Positions 11,831-24,900 of a stretch of 64,000 nt of DNA are shown piece by piece. Position 1 is the first letter of the stretch, and every line of letters starts with the position of its first letter. A program made the position numbers and the translations under genes. This DNA comes from Lama glama (Eukaryota): the NCBI GenBank assembly GCA_028534125.1, contig CM052816.1, positions 41,604,001-41,668,000 on the forward strand, in the 5' to 3' direction. The notes beneath the pieces are model-generated. The model had not been told where the DNA came from. It worked only from the letters and a program-made list of their open reading frames with translations, and ran no database searches.

Positions 11831-12799
11831 TCTCTTTAGTATTTCCTTGCCTGTCATCAAGATGTTGGCTGTATCCAGCTGTGAACTGTCACACTGCACA
11901 TAAAAATATGTAATTTGAATAATCAATTTTATATCATTTCAGCATGCAGACGAAGTCTCCAAATTACTTTTTTCTTATATAAATATTTTTAACAACCTTC
12001 ATATTATGAAAATTATTTATTTTAATGAAATTGAGCTGAGTTTTCCTTCATCTGACACTTCAGATATTCCATATCTCAGGGACAGGATTCACGAATCATG
12101 AAAGACTGCCTGGTACTAGCAATGATTGACTTCATATTCACACCTACCTATGTGTATCATTTGTTTTTTTCCCATTTAGGCAAGTAAATGTCCAGCAAAT
12201 TAGAAAAAGCATATCTATCTTTAGTAAAATTTGCCTACAGATATGTGAAAACTTTTTTGAGAACTATATACAGTAAAATATATGAAATGGTGCATTCAGT
12301 TATAGTGTTATAGATTCACGGTCTGGATTTTCCCCAAATGTTCTACCTAGAGTGCCTCATATTTCATGTGAAATTCAGGACGGACAGTTTGATCAAGCAG
12401 TCAGAGAAGTGATAGGAAATGTAGGCCTTTTGGGGAAAAGACAAGAAAAAAGTAGACTACAAATAATATATGTATGTGGAATAAGAAATGAGTGAAGTTA
12501 GAAGTTTTAGGTGGGAAAGAATGTTGAGTTTAGAAATTTTAGAAGTTAAATTTAAAGTACAAAAGATAAAAAGACCAAGAACAAACTAGTTTTGTCCAAG
12601 GATGAAAGGCACTCATGAAATGTAATACAGATTTTAAAGGGAATCTGATTTAGACCATTCCCATTATTTTGGCGAAAGAATGACTGAATATAAAAATAAT
12701 CCATCATTGTGATCTATTTTATGTATCTGTTTCTGTCTTTAGAAGAGCATACTTGTAACAAATTTTCTTGATTAATATAGGAAAAGAGCTCAGAAACCA

Positions 12800-12995
12800 A
12801 TGTAAACTACACTATTATCTCATTTATTTCTCATAACAATCTTACAATCTGATACCATTATATTCTGCATTGTACAAATAAGGAAATTTAGAAAGTGAGG
12901 TAAGTTATCAAGTCATGCTTTTTTTTTTGTGGAAAGAAGTAAGTTGAAGAGGTGGGATTCAAACCCACTCTAGAATCTCTTAACCATTACACCTA
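12800..12995 (-). mobile_element. MIR SINE
   Basis: ctcataacaatcttacaa...cattgtacaaataaggaaat...gggattcaaaccca...tcttaaccattacac. Confidence 0.7.
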
Positions 12996-14058
12996 GTACT
13001 ACTTTTCATTTATACATTGTACAAGTTGTATCATTTTTGCTTTGTTTTCATTTTTTTCTGGACTAACATTCCTGTAACTTTTGCAAGGAAGGTATTTCTT
13101 TCTTAACTTTTTGTTAATTCTTCTATTCTCTTCTGAATGATCTATTGTGTGTCTCTTTTATTACATAATACTCCCAGAATGAATTTCTTTTGGGACCAAA
13201 GCAATGCCAATGAAATTCATTTAGTTGTATTAAATACTATATTTAATGAAGAATAAAATGTATTAAAATTTTTTGTTAGTGACACATAATTGACATCTTT
13301 TATTTTTTCTTATGTTCTTCGGTGTTCTGTTTTTGTTAGTGTTATAAAACACTGTAATCACTGTTTCCTATGTGAACAATTTCACATTTTTTAATCAAAT
13401 GAACTATTTTTTATTGTTTTTATCCCATTTTTCCAAATTTTCAGGCTCATACTCTATTTTAATCCTAATTTCAAAAGTATTATCATTCTCTTAATCATTT
13501 ATAAATTTGATTAGTATTAAAATCTTCACTCTAAGCTTTTAATGAAAACATTCAATGATATTGGATTCTAAAGGCCTTCTGTAGAATTCTAAATAGCATT
13601 TTCTCCCCATCAGTTCAATCAGAATATCTTACATTTGCATATTACTCTCTGGGCTTGTTTCTTTGCCAAAAGCATGTTTATTTTTGGGTTTAAAATTTTT
13701 TTTTGTTTTTGTTTGTTCAATAGGACTGTCTAACCAATAATGTAATTTTAGTTTCTCCCATCTCGTATCACAGAAGAAATTACAGACACTTAATATTGCC
13801 TTGAATCATAATTCCTATGTAGAGCTATTTTGGCTACATGTGCTTGTGGTCATCTTGCCTTTCCAACTGCCAAAATTCTAACTGTTTCCAAGGGTTGCCT
13901 GCAAGGGCTAACTCAGTTAAAAAAAACATATCAGGCTCAGTGCACCTGCAATAGTCAACCTGGTGACTTTAGGAATGCAGTTCCAGCCATGGATCCTGGA
14001 GCTGGTCAATACTGGGTAATCCACTAAGTTAATCATCAGAGAAATTATGAACTTGGTT

Positions 14059-14106
14059 GCATGCTGTAGCTAAAATCTGTGTGAAAGAGATAATTCAAAA
14101 TTTAGC
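14059..14106 (+). repeat. 48-bp dispersed direct repeat, copy 1
   Basis: 44/48 identical to 15281-15328 by manual alignment. Confidence 0.9.
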
Positions 14107-15280
14107 ATATCATTGAATTATCTGTCTGGAATTAACCTAATGTTTATCACAAGAATCTGAGTCTTGGTGTATTCTTTGGTTTTTCTATACTTCTTTGCAA
14201 GGCACTTAATGTTAACTCCCTGGTTTCTTAAACTGTCAAGGCTAATGTCAGGCAAGATGTCGATCAAATCTCATTTTTTCAATGTGAAACTTCTAGCTTC
14301 TGTTTGGGATTCTGCCAGAATAGCTTTATTATTAGAAAGTCCTCAAGTCAATCTTTCTCTATTGTCTTCTCAAAAATAACTCAATAAAATGCAGCTTGAA
14401 GGGAACTTTTTCTTTCTTTTTCTTTTTGTTATCCTTCAGAGGTTGTTTCTGATCAGGAGGGTTAAAAAAATAAAGTAATTTGACATTTTAAATTGAATAG
14501 GAGAAAGAACTCTATTATGTACCTTTCATTACTGTCCTTTGTTCTGAGGATAACAGGTAATTGATAGAACACTTGGATCTTTCCAGTCATCTACCCTCCC
14601 ATGTCTTGTTCAATTGACAAGTGTGTAGTTTGCATCTTCATACTATAATTTAGAACTGTAAGAATTCTTGCTGTATTGAGGTGAATTGTGCCATAATTGT
14701 TCCAGAGTTTTTTTAAAATACTATGAATTCTTAACTGATTCATAGAAAAGTGCTAATCTTGGTAGTCTTTTTATATCTACATTATAGATAACATTATTTT
14801 GTAGTTCCTGGACATCAACAAAAATTTATTTATTTACTATATAAATATTTTATAGGGAAAATGGAGACTTTCTGGTTTATTATGTTAAACACATTTTATT
14901 AATAAAGTTATTTAAATAATCACTCCTATAATGATACACAGGAAAAGGAAATGAATGACGTTAACATCAGAAATATGCATAATGAAGTGTAATATATCTG
15001 TCACATTTTTTGTGTGTAGATGAGTCTGAAGGAAAGATGTTATTCAGGAAAATGTCTATTGAGAAACCCTTGGTGCTGAAAGAGCAGTTCACTTTATTTT
15101 CTATTTATGGTACTTAACTCTCCACACTTCAGTAGCGTATGTTTTTAGTAGTTTAAATTATGCAGCATGTTGACAAGAAAGAGACACAAAGATGCACTGA
15201 AACAAAGTAGATAGGCAGATACACAACAGAAATGAAAGAATTCAGGAAGTCAGAGATTTTACTAAGTAGGGCAATGGGTA

Positions 15281-15328
15281 GCATGCGGTAGCTAAAATCT
15301 ATGAGAAAGAAATAATTCAAAATTTAGC
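15281..15328 (+). repeat. 48-bp dispersed direct repeat, copy 2
   Basis: 44/48 identical to 14059-14106 by manual alignment. Confidence 0.9.
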
Positions 15329-15611
15329 GTAAACTTTTCTTAGTAATAAAGCATATCAGGGCTAAGTTCAGTGTTCCAGATTAATCCCCCTCTCACAAAA
15401 GCATATTTACTGACCTGCTGTTGTCATATTTCTCCTTCCTGAAATAAAATTCCTTTTATTTTCCTATGGAGAATATACATAACAGTGTGTCTAGATGGGA
15501 TTCAGAAGAGAACAAAAAGACATGAAAAGTTTTCTGGGTCACAAGAGTCAAAATCATAAAGTCTGTGCTCCAAACTTCAGAGCCTACAGTTCATGTGTTC
15601 CTTTCTCACTA

Positions 15612-16155
15612 GATAGATGTGTGGATCTCCAAGTGTGGTCCCTGGACCAGCAGCTTCAGTATCACCTGAGAACTTGTGAGAGGTGCAAATTCCCAGGCTT
15701 CACCTTGGATCTACTGAATCAGAATGTCTGAGTGGAGTCCAGCAACTTGTGTTTTAACAAACCCTCCAAGTGATTTTAGTGCATGTTGTGAGAACTTCGG
15801 GGCTAGCCTCTTGCTAATTCACAGTGTGGCTCTTAAACCAGCAGCAAATGTATCACCTGGAAATGATTAAGAATTTCAGATTCTTGGGCCCTACCCCAGA
15901 CCCAGAAAACCAGAATAAGCATTTTAGCTAGATACTCAGATGATTCTTCTGCCCATGAAAATTTGAGAAGCACAGGGCTAGTAGCCATTTTCTCATGGTT
16001 TTCCGTCTTGGGTGCATAGTGAAACCACCTGGGGATGTTTAAAAGACTACCTCCACAGATTCTGATTTAATTGCTCTGGATGTTTTCTAGACACCAGGCA
16101 TTTTTTCAAAGCTCCTGGGGTGATTCAAGTGGGCAGGTAAGGTTGAGAACTACTT
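15612..16155. mobile_element. Three adjacent MER5-family (hAT-Charlie) elements
   Basis: Recurrent MER5 motifs (gtggtccctggaccagcagc, atcacctg, tgttttaacaa..ctcca.gtgatt, tttgagaa) at ~15612-15800, ~15803-15982 and ~15985-16155. Confidence 0.8.
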
Positions 16156-16254
16156 CTTTAAGCCCTCAAACAGAGTTTATTTACTTTTGTTTTTGACCAG
16201 CTTCTTTATATGATTTCCAACCTTGCAGGACATCTTAATCTTCAGCTACATTAG

Positions 16255-17360
16255 TAATAGAGGAACTTCTCAGGTAAGAGAGGTGATTATTTCATTTTAT
16301 GCTGAATGCTCAGATCATACCCAAAGCACTGCCTTCAGCTCTGGGCTACCATCTGGAGACATGTAGAAGAATGCAGAAAAACTATAGCATGCTTAGAGGG
16401 GTGGAACCAAGAGAAGTCCTGCACGTCATCCTGTGAGAGAAATAGTTATAGGAATTTGTAATGTTTAGGCAGCCAAAGTGATCTTTTTAAACATAATTCA
16501 GATTTTATCACTTACATGCTTGTCACTTGCCTTTGGATTTGGAAAGAAATCTAAGTCTTTAACCAAGTCCCTACATGATCTGGGGCTGCCTCCCTCTCCC
16601 GCCTCATCTCACACTTCTTGCTCCTCCCATTTCTCACCCTCTCCAGCCACAGCTATCTGTCTTCTTTATGTCCCGAGGTCACTCTAGTTTTCTTACCTGA
16701 GAGTGAAATCATGTTCTGTTCTTTCTGCCTAAAATGCTTTCCCCACAGGTAGAGCTTCATCTTTCATGTCTCTACTCAGATATGGTTCTTTCCTTTGCGC
16801 TCAATCTCTGCCAGTAACTTTTTGGTACAAAAGCCTACTTCAGTTCTTCCTGACACCTCCTGTGATTTGTAATTAACTTGTTTGCTTATACGTGTTCTTG
16901 TTTATTATCTCCCTTGCTAGAATGTGAGTTTGATGAGGACAGAGACCTTACTGGATTTCTCCATTACTGTCTTCACAATGTCTAGAGCATGCCCAGCACA
17001 GAGTAGGAGGTAAGTAACAATTCACTGAATGGCTGAAAAATGAAGGAAAAGAGAAGACTTTGGCTACCATGATAGTGGTTTTCAAATATTTAAAAACTGT
17101 AACTGGAAAGGAGTTCAGATTTGAATGGCTATCACTAAACCCAAAAGATGAACATTGTAAGGGGACTAACAGATAAAATATTCACAAAACTGAAAGGAGC
17201 AATAGGCAGCCAGGGGAAGAAGTAAGATGTCATAAGTAGATGGGTACAGGTTTCAGCTGGATGGCATTTGAAAGAGTTGTCAACGAGGTGACTCAAACAT
17301 TTGGAAAGTGATGGGTTTCAATGATCACTGATGTCCTATTCAATCTCATGACTCTAAGAG
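16255..17360 (+). mobile_element. CR1/L3 LINE 3' region, split by an L2 insertion
   Basis: CR1-like segments at ~16255-16470 (cttcagctctgggctacc, ggaattt..atgtttaggc) and ~17045-17360 (aaagagaagact, ttttcaaatatttaaa, tcctattcaatctcatgactcta). Confidence 0.6.
16472..17045 (+). mobile_element. L2 3' end
   Basis: aaagtgatctttttaaa...ctagaatgtgagtttgatgaggacagagacc...cccagcacagagtagg...tgaatggctgaa. Confidence 0.8.
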
Positions 17361-18361
17361 AACAAAAATGAAGGAGGGCTGCTAAGGACAGGTGCAGTGT
17401 TGATGTTGAAAATATAGAGCAGACAGTCTTACAGCAATGGAGAAAGGCAGAAACATTTCAAGAGTCAGGCACAAGACCTGTAAAGAATGGTAATAAAGCC
17501 TAATTTTTTGGTGTGTTTTGGAGCAACCAGCTCATCAGTAGGCCTGAAGGTCACCATCGTATCATTGCACAATATCATTCATAGTAACATTTATATGTTC
17601 CTTTCTTAAAAGTGTGATATGTTCATAGTCATTTTTCACTTTGTAAAAATATTGTAAACGTAAATTTTATTCATTATCTATCTATACTATCTCAATGGCT
17701 TTTGAGTATACATCATATAATCATTTATGAAACCAATCTTACATGAATATATTTGAAGAGAAATCTTTGTGTAACTTTATGCTTATGCTATAAAGATAAG
17801 TTCCTAGCAAGGAAAATATTAGTTTGAAGGCTATTCAAATATTTATGGCTTTAATAATTGTTATTTATAAGATTGAGTCATTAATATTATTTGTTTAAAG
17901 AATCAGGCAAATGAAGTAATTTATTTTGGAAAGAATTCTACCCAACATAATTAAAAGAGTTTGGGTATGTAAAATTATGAAATCAACTTTCAAAAAGTCA
18001 CCTATCCAGAAATATCTGTTCACCAAAGATCCCATAGCCAAGATGCTACACTCTGTCTAAATTTGTATACAGGGATTCATATTGCTTGAACAGAAATGTG
18101 CTTTAGTACTACACATAATATACATATAATCCCATTGTCCTTATCAGCATTTTCCACTCCTTCAGTGGAAATGCATTGTCATAATTAAGCTGATCTCCTT
18201 TTTAGTAATGAAAAAGAGATTACTGGGCTAAAATTGATCATTCATTGATCTCTACTGTATCCATATATTGAACAGATGTTTCAACCTCCACTTCATTTTG
18301 ATATTTAGACTTATTCCTCATGTTTCCAGTCAACAAACCTCATCAGAAGTGTTCAGTGGAT

Positions 18362-18462
18362 GGGGCGGGGGTGGGAGGGTAATAGCTCAGTGGTAGAGCA
18401 CATGCTTAGCATGTATGAGGTCCTGGGTTCAATCTCCAGTACTGCCTTAAAAATTTTTTTTT
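18362..18462 (+). mobile_element. tRNA-derived SINE (camelid Vic-1-like)
   Basis: GGGAGGGT head; A box TAGCTCAGTGG at 18383-18393; B box GGTTCAATCTC at 18426-18436; perfect 15-bp TSD agaagtgttcagtgg at 18345-18359 and 18463-18477. Confidence 0.9.
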
Positions 18463-19079
18463 AGAAGTGTTCAGTGGGAATTCCATAGAAAGGCCTGGTA
18501 CCAACTACATATTAAGGTTATTTCTATAGGGTAGCTCTACCTCACTTTGGATATTCAGCTGTTTCTTTTTTGTTGTTGCCACATGTTGTGTGTTTTCATT
18601 AAATTGTTTATCAGTGAGCTCAAGGCTTACAACAAATGTGGGTGATTAATTTCTGGAATGGCTTATGGACGTCCTGACAGAGAATTATAGATTCTGACTA
18701 ATCAAGATGTTCACAGCACTTAAATTCCAGTTTACCAATGCTCTGCTGCCGAGTATATAGTTAGAACTTTGGAGGAGAATCTCTTAACCAGATGATAACA
18801 CAGTTCATGCTTTTTTTCCTGCATCAAGATGAAATCATGAGTGGTCTGTCTGAATCCTCAAATCTTCGAGGTTACATTTAATTATCTGTGTTCCTTGCTC
18901 TATTTAGTCCTTTGCCAAAGTTTGTCGTTTTTACTTTATATTATTTTCTAAATCTGGTCTTCTTTTATCCCGTAACTATAGTCCTCTATCACATTCTCTT
19001 TACCTCTTTCCTGAATTATAAATTTATACAATGTTTATTGGAAATGCAGTTGAAGAAACTAGTAATTACGGAGGCCTTT

Positions 19080-19500
19080 CCGTAAGCTAGGCATCATATA
19101 GACACGTTTCAAACATTATTTAATTTTCACCAAAATCATGGAGGCTCTATTATTATTCCTATTTTATACATGGGGAAACTGAGGTACCAAGCTGTTCTCT
19201 ACTATAGACAATACCTTGTTTGAACCTAGTTGTGCTTGCTTTACAGCTCTCTCCACATTGCCATTCACACTATCTCTATAATTAGTTTGAGTGCCTACTG
19301 TGTTCCAGAAATTAATTGTGTAGATCTGTGGATATGAAATGAATAAGACATAATCCTTTTCCTGGGTGAGTTCATATTTCAAAAGGGAAATAGGCCTATA
19401 TACCCATTAGACAATTCTGTAACACAAGTATATTTGGGAAAGGGTAGAATGAGCAGATTCAAGAAAATAAGGAGGATGGTTGTGAGGACCAGAGGTGAGT
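19080..19500 (-). mobile_element. MIR followed by an L2 fragment
   Basis: attattcctattttatacatggggaaactgaggt (MIR), then tgagtgcctactgtgttccag...tgaataagacataatcc (L2). Confidence 0.65.
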
Positions 19501-19529
19501 GAAGGAAAGAGGAAGAGGCCCCTTTTCTT

Positions 19530-19992
19530 TGCTGAAACCTCTGTTTCAAAATAACAGCGACTGGCAGACTTACACTCTAGCTGGATATAGGGCTCAACCA
19601 ACTGGAACTGGGGTTTCTCTTTCTGTCTCTCATCTCTACAATGTTCTGGTTGACTCTGGCCCCAAGAGGGTTCTCGCCTCATGATCTGTAGCAGCTGTTC
19701 ATCTTTTGTGGTCTGGTCTTCCAATGCCATGGAAAAAAGAGTGAACATTTGCCCCAGGATTCCTATAAGTATCTCTTTATCTCTAATTTGGTGCCATCAT
19801 TGAGCCAATCAATCTGGCCCAGGATATTGTGCCATGCTATTTGGTTTAGGTCCGTTTCACACACCATCCTTAAGCTATCTGTGGAGGTCCACCTGGAGCC
19901 CATGTACTGAGAGGGAGGGAGAATTAGCACCAGGGCACTGTTACCAGGAGAAACACAAGTGGGTCCTGGGTGCTAAAAACAGCCATTCACAA
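19530..19992 (-). mobile_element. MLT1-family (ERVL-MaLR) LTR
   Basis: ccatcattgagccaatcaatctggcccagg...tgctatttggtttagg...ctgttaccaggag, typical of old MLT1J/K-like LTRs. Confidence 0.55.
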
Positions 19993-21299
19993 GTGTCATT
20001 GTTCTCCACACACGTTGGCTTTTCTAGTGTTCCTTTCTCATTTCAGATACAGTTAAGTGCACCAAAGCCTTCTTCAATTCCATTCAAGAATCAAATACTG
20101 AGCATGTTACATGCCTGGCCCTATGTTAGTTTCTGTAGAAAGAGAGCTGAGAAAGACATAGATCCTACCTTCAAGAAGCTCATGGGCAAGAAAATACTTA
20201 ATCTCTCTTGTCTCTAAATAACTGACATATTTTCTTATATTCTATTGACATAATTTAATCTTTTGGCTTCATCAGTAGTAGGTTTATCTGTCTTAGATTG
20301 TAGGTTTATGGAAGAGGAACCTGCTCTTTCTAGTTTGTTTTGTACTAGTTCTCAGTTTTTCAGACAACTACTTTTCAGTGAAGAGTCTTCCAATGGACAT
20401 TACTTTTCCAAGGGATAAAAGAATATTGAGAATTGATGAAGTTTATGTTTAGCTTCAAGTAGAATCACACATGCTGGCAACAGATCAAAGTAATGGGTGG
20501 GAACTTCGCAACTTTCTTTGTGAACTGCATTACTGTTTAACTACTTCTGTTTTTAAAGCACCAAAAAGTACCTAATTTTTCTTTAATCTGTCATATAAAC
20601 TGTCAGATTTTACATATTTCTATGATGCAACTCATTGTGTATTCAAAAATTTTTAAAAAGCTTCTACCAAAGCAAGTGACTTGTGGCATGACCTCCTGAC
20701 ACAATCCAACCAAAACTTATTATTGTTATTTTTAAGAGACTTTAGGAGACACTTTAGAAACAAGAATTATGTTTTAATATTAATCAACTATTCATTTATG
20801 ACATAGTTAAGAATGTTACTTGTTACTAATCATGTGACTTAAATAATGCAAGTTCCCAAAGGGAATGTATTTTCTGTCTGCTTACTTACTATTTGTAGCC
20901 CCTTGGATCATGATCTTTGTTATTAGTTTTTTTTTTTCCCCTTCTTTCCATTGTCCAGCATGAGTTTTGTGGTTCCTTGTCTTCCCTCCTTATTCATCCA
21001 CTTCCTTCTGTGTAAGCCTCCGTACTTGATAATACCTGAATTTTTGTGATGGATCCTTTGTTTTTCTTCCTTTTTCCTCTTGTCTTGTGTTAATATCTGT
21101 ATGTATAAATATACATATGTACATATATATATATGTCAGTATGTATCTGTCTATTAAGTTTTATCTAGTTAAAACAAAAACATTGCATTTATTTAGACAA
21201 ACATGCATATTACCATTTCACAGAAAGGGAGCAGAGTTTAAATGACTGATCTGAGGTCTCTTAATTAGTCAGTTCCCCAGGTGTCAGTAGAAGAAATTC

Positions 21300-24200
21300 C
21301 TCCTGATGTATGTTTCTAATAACCATAATTAAAGATTTTTGTTTTTCATGTTTATGTGCATGCTATTAGATGTATACAAGTTCATGAATATTATTTCTTG
21401 GTGGATTGTTACTTTTATTATTATATACATTTCTTCTTTATCTTGGTTAATGACTTTTAATCTTATTTTGCCTGATATGAATATTCTTACTCAAGCTTTT
21501 TAAGGGTCTAGTATTTTGATATCTCTGTTCCTTTCCTTTATTTTCAAATCTTAAGTTTAGCTTTATTTTTTCTAGGTTTTTTGAAAGCAGAGTATAGGTT
21601 GGAATTAAAGAAAGTCCATGGATAACTGCTATAATTAGAACTATTTCCAGTTTTTTTTGGTGGTAATTCATATGTTTGAACTTATTTCTGCTATCTTACT
21701 TTGTATTTTGTGATTCTTTTTTTCCCTCCTTGCTTTCTGTTGGATTGATAATTTTTCTTTATTCTGTTATTTGAAAGCTGTAATTTAAACATTTATTGTG
21801 TCAGTGTTACTCTTAAAATGTTAAGATAGATTTTGAATTTTATTTTTTCTAGATAGGACTTCCATTATTTAGTATTTCTTTTCCTAAACATGACAAAAGT
21901 ATTAGTATGCTTTAAGTATGCATTAAACATCCTTCTGCAATTTTATTATTATTACCTAGAATTTTATTTTTACCATTTAATCACACAAGTGATTTATTTA
22001 TATTTTAATATTATTAAAATAGCTGACATTTTATTAGCTTCTGTGGTTTGTATTTCTTTTGGTTATGTACATCCTTTAATAGTTCCTTTACTGATGGTCT
22101 GTGGATGGGAAATTTTCAAAAAGTCTTTGTCTGAAAGTATCTTTTTGTTCCTTTCACTACTTAATGTTGGTTTTAACTATGTAACAAGTTCTGGATTGAT
22201 AATTTTTGTTTTTGTTTTTTTGTCTAATTGATATTTTGTCCAGTTGGTAAGAGGGGTATTAAATCTCCAACTAAGAGGATGGAATTTTCTATTTTTTCTT
22301 TCTATTCTGTCAATTTTTGCTTTATATGTTTTGATGGACTGTTATTATGTCTTCCTTATGAATTAAGCCCTTTATCATCACAAATTTTCTTTTTTCTTTA
22401 GCTCTTATATAGTCTTTTTCTTGAATTCTCTTTTATGTGATAGTACAGACATTTTAGCCTTTTTAAGCATACTGGTTGCATGGTATTTTTTTTTCATTTC
22501 TTTACTTTCATTTAAAATTTTTACATTTTACTTTTTATCTTTATTTTTTAATATAACATGCATCTCTTTATATTGTATATATTTTTTAAAAATCCATTCT
22601 GAAAATCCTTGACTTTTAATTGGAGTGTTTAGTACATTACTAATTAATAAAATTACTGTTGCGATTATAATTAGGTCTCCTATCTTATTATTTGGGAGTT
22701 TTTTTTTTTTTAGTCCTTTTAAAATATTTTGTTTCTCTGTCTTTTTGTATTAAATGGGATCATTTGAATGTTTTCAGAATTCCATCTTAATTTATCTATT
22801 TTTACAATCTGTAACTTCATATAACTTCTTTTAATTATGCCCTTTAATTTACATCTTTAATTCTCCCACAATCTCCAGAGAGTTAATATTATACCACTTC
22901 ACATGAAATAGAGAAACCTTTGAATAATATAGGTCTATTTACCCCCATTCCTTACATCTCAGTTATCATATATATTCCATCATACTTTTTAAACTCACAA
23001 GACAGTGTTACAATTTTTGCTTTAAATAGTCCTATGTGTTTAAAAGAAATGAAAAGGAAATACACTTCTTATATTTGCCAGTTCTATGTTCTTCATTCTT
23101 GCCCGAAGATTCAAGTTTCCATCTGGTATCATTTCCCTTCTGCTTGAAGAACTTCCTGTAGTATTTCTTGAAGAATAGGTCTCCTGGCTATGTATTTTCT
23201 TTTATTTTATTTAAAAATGTTTTTATTTCACTTTCCTACTTGGGAATATTTTCACTGGATACAGAACACTGAGGTGACAGTCCTTCCACCCCTTTGCCAC
23301 CCCTAGCTTTTTAAAGATGTTGTTCCACTGTCTTCTGGCTTTCAGTAACTTCAATAAGAAGTTAATGATAATTCAGATTGTTATTGTCCTATGTGTAATG
23401 TATCATTTTCCTTTGGTTGCTTTCAACATTTACTTTGTTATTTTCAGTTTTCAGCAGTTTGACTGTCATGTGTTCACACAGTTTTCTTCATAGTAGCCCT
23501 GCTTGAAGATCCTTGAGATTGCCGAATCTGTAAGTTTTATTTTTTAATCAATCTTGGAAAATTTTCACCATTTTTTATCCAAACATTTTTTTTCTAATTT
23601 TCTAAACATTCTAATTTTTGCTGTCATGACACTACTTATGTATATATATTTTTACAACTTTTCATATTGCCTAACAGGCCCCTAAAATTCTAGTCTTTTT
23701 AAAAATTAAAAAAAAAAATTTCTGTTCCTCAGATTGCATTATTTCTATTGATCTAACTTCCAAGTTCATTGGCTTGTTACTGTCACTTTCATTCTATTAA
23801 ACCCATCCAAATTCTTTTTTTTAATTTCAGATACGTTTCTAAGTTTCAGAATTTCCATCTTTTATTTATTGTATTTAAATTTATTTATTGTGCACATATT
23901 TTCCTTTATGTACTTGAGCATAGTTACAGCAGCTGCTTTAAAATCTTTGTCTACTACTTCTAATTTATGATCATCAAGGACTGGTCTCTGTTTATTATAT
24001 TTTTCTCTTGAAAATCGATCATATTTTCCCGATTGAGTAATTTTGGATTTTATCCTAGATATTGTGAAATGTTATGTTGTGGAAACTCTGTTATATTCCT
24101 TCAAAGAGTGTTGGATTTGTATTTTAGCAGACGTCAATTTGGTTGCACTCAAATTGCAAACTCTGACTCTTGGGAAACAGCTCAAATCTTAGAAGGGGTT

Positions 24201-24900
24201 CTTTTATCTTTAGTGGAGTCTGTCCAATGCATGCATGGTTCAGGGATTAGCAGAGATTTGTGCAGTCTAAACACAGAACTTGGGGCTTTCCTTCTCTGGT
24301 TTCTTTTTTTCTAGACTTCCCCTCCTTCCCACTTTCCAGTGTTTGTGGTTGCTCTGAACTCTGTTCTGTGATTATTCAGGCAAGAAGGACTGTGGTTTTT
24401 CTATTAGAGTTTTAGCCACCCTGTACAACATCAACCTCTATTTGCCCTCGGGCTTGACTCTGTAAAAAAATGGGAACCTCAACCCTTATTTTGATTCACT
24501 CTCTGGTACCTTCAGATTGTTGCTTTTTGTATTTTGTTCAGAGTTTAGAGTTGTTATGTACAGAAGAGTCAGGTGTGGTAGGAGCTTACATACCCAGATC
24601 ATAAAGGAAACCTGATTGGTTCTTTTTAATATGAACTTGATCTTACATCTCTTCTGCCTAATTTGGTTTCATGATGTCTTGTTACTTCTACATGGAATGT
24701 TGCACCCTTAGTTTTCTTTGAAATCCTTCAACTATTACTTCAAACTCAAAACTTTATTAAATAAATTCTACTTCAAGTATAATCTATTTTTCTCATTGCT
24801 TTTTTTCAGCTTCTCATGTTTTTAATTTGTTTTAGAATTTTCAGCCTTATTTTGAGTGGGTTTTTTCCTCTATCGCCTGTATTATTGAGCTGTTGTATGG
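21300..24900 (-). mobile_element. Ancient, highly diverged L1M (L1MD/L1ME-like) fragments
   Basis: Long T-rich tract with antisense L1 motifs (aaatctccaactaa, cactggatacagaa, ttaaagatgttgttccactgtcttctggc) and a 5'-end-like segment at ~24200-24610. Confidence 0.75.

Noticed and set aside
12189..12314. 41-codon ATG ORF (MSSKLEKAYL...) just after a good + strand acceptor
   Set aside because: No convincing donor, no recognisable homology, and a length within chance expectation.
18372..18446. tRNA gene (Ala-like)
   Set aside because: Flanked by a perfect TSD with a G-rich head and A/T tail, and the acceptor stem is degenerate; it is a tRNA-derived SINE.
21447..24314. Hydrophobic Phe/Leu/Ile-rich ORFs resembling membrane proteins
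   Set aside because: Translations of decayed, AT-rich L1 sequence.
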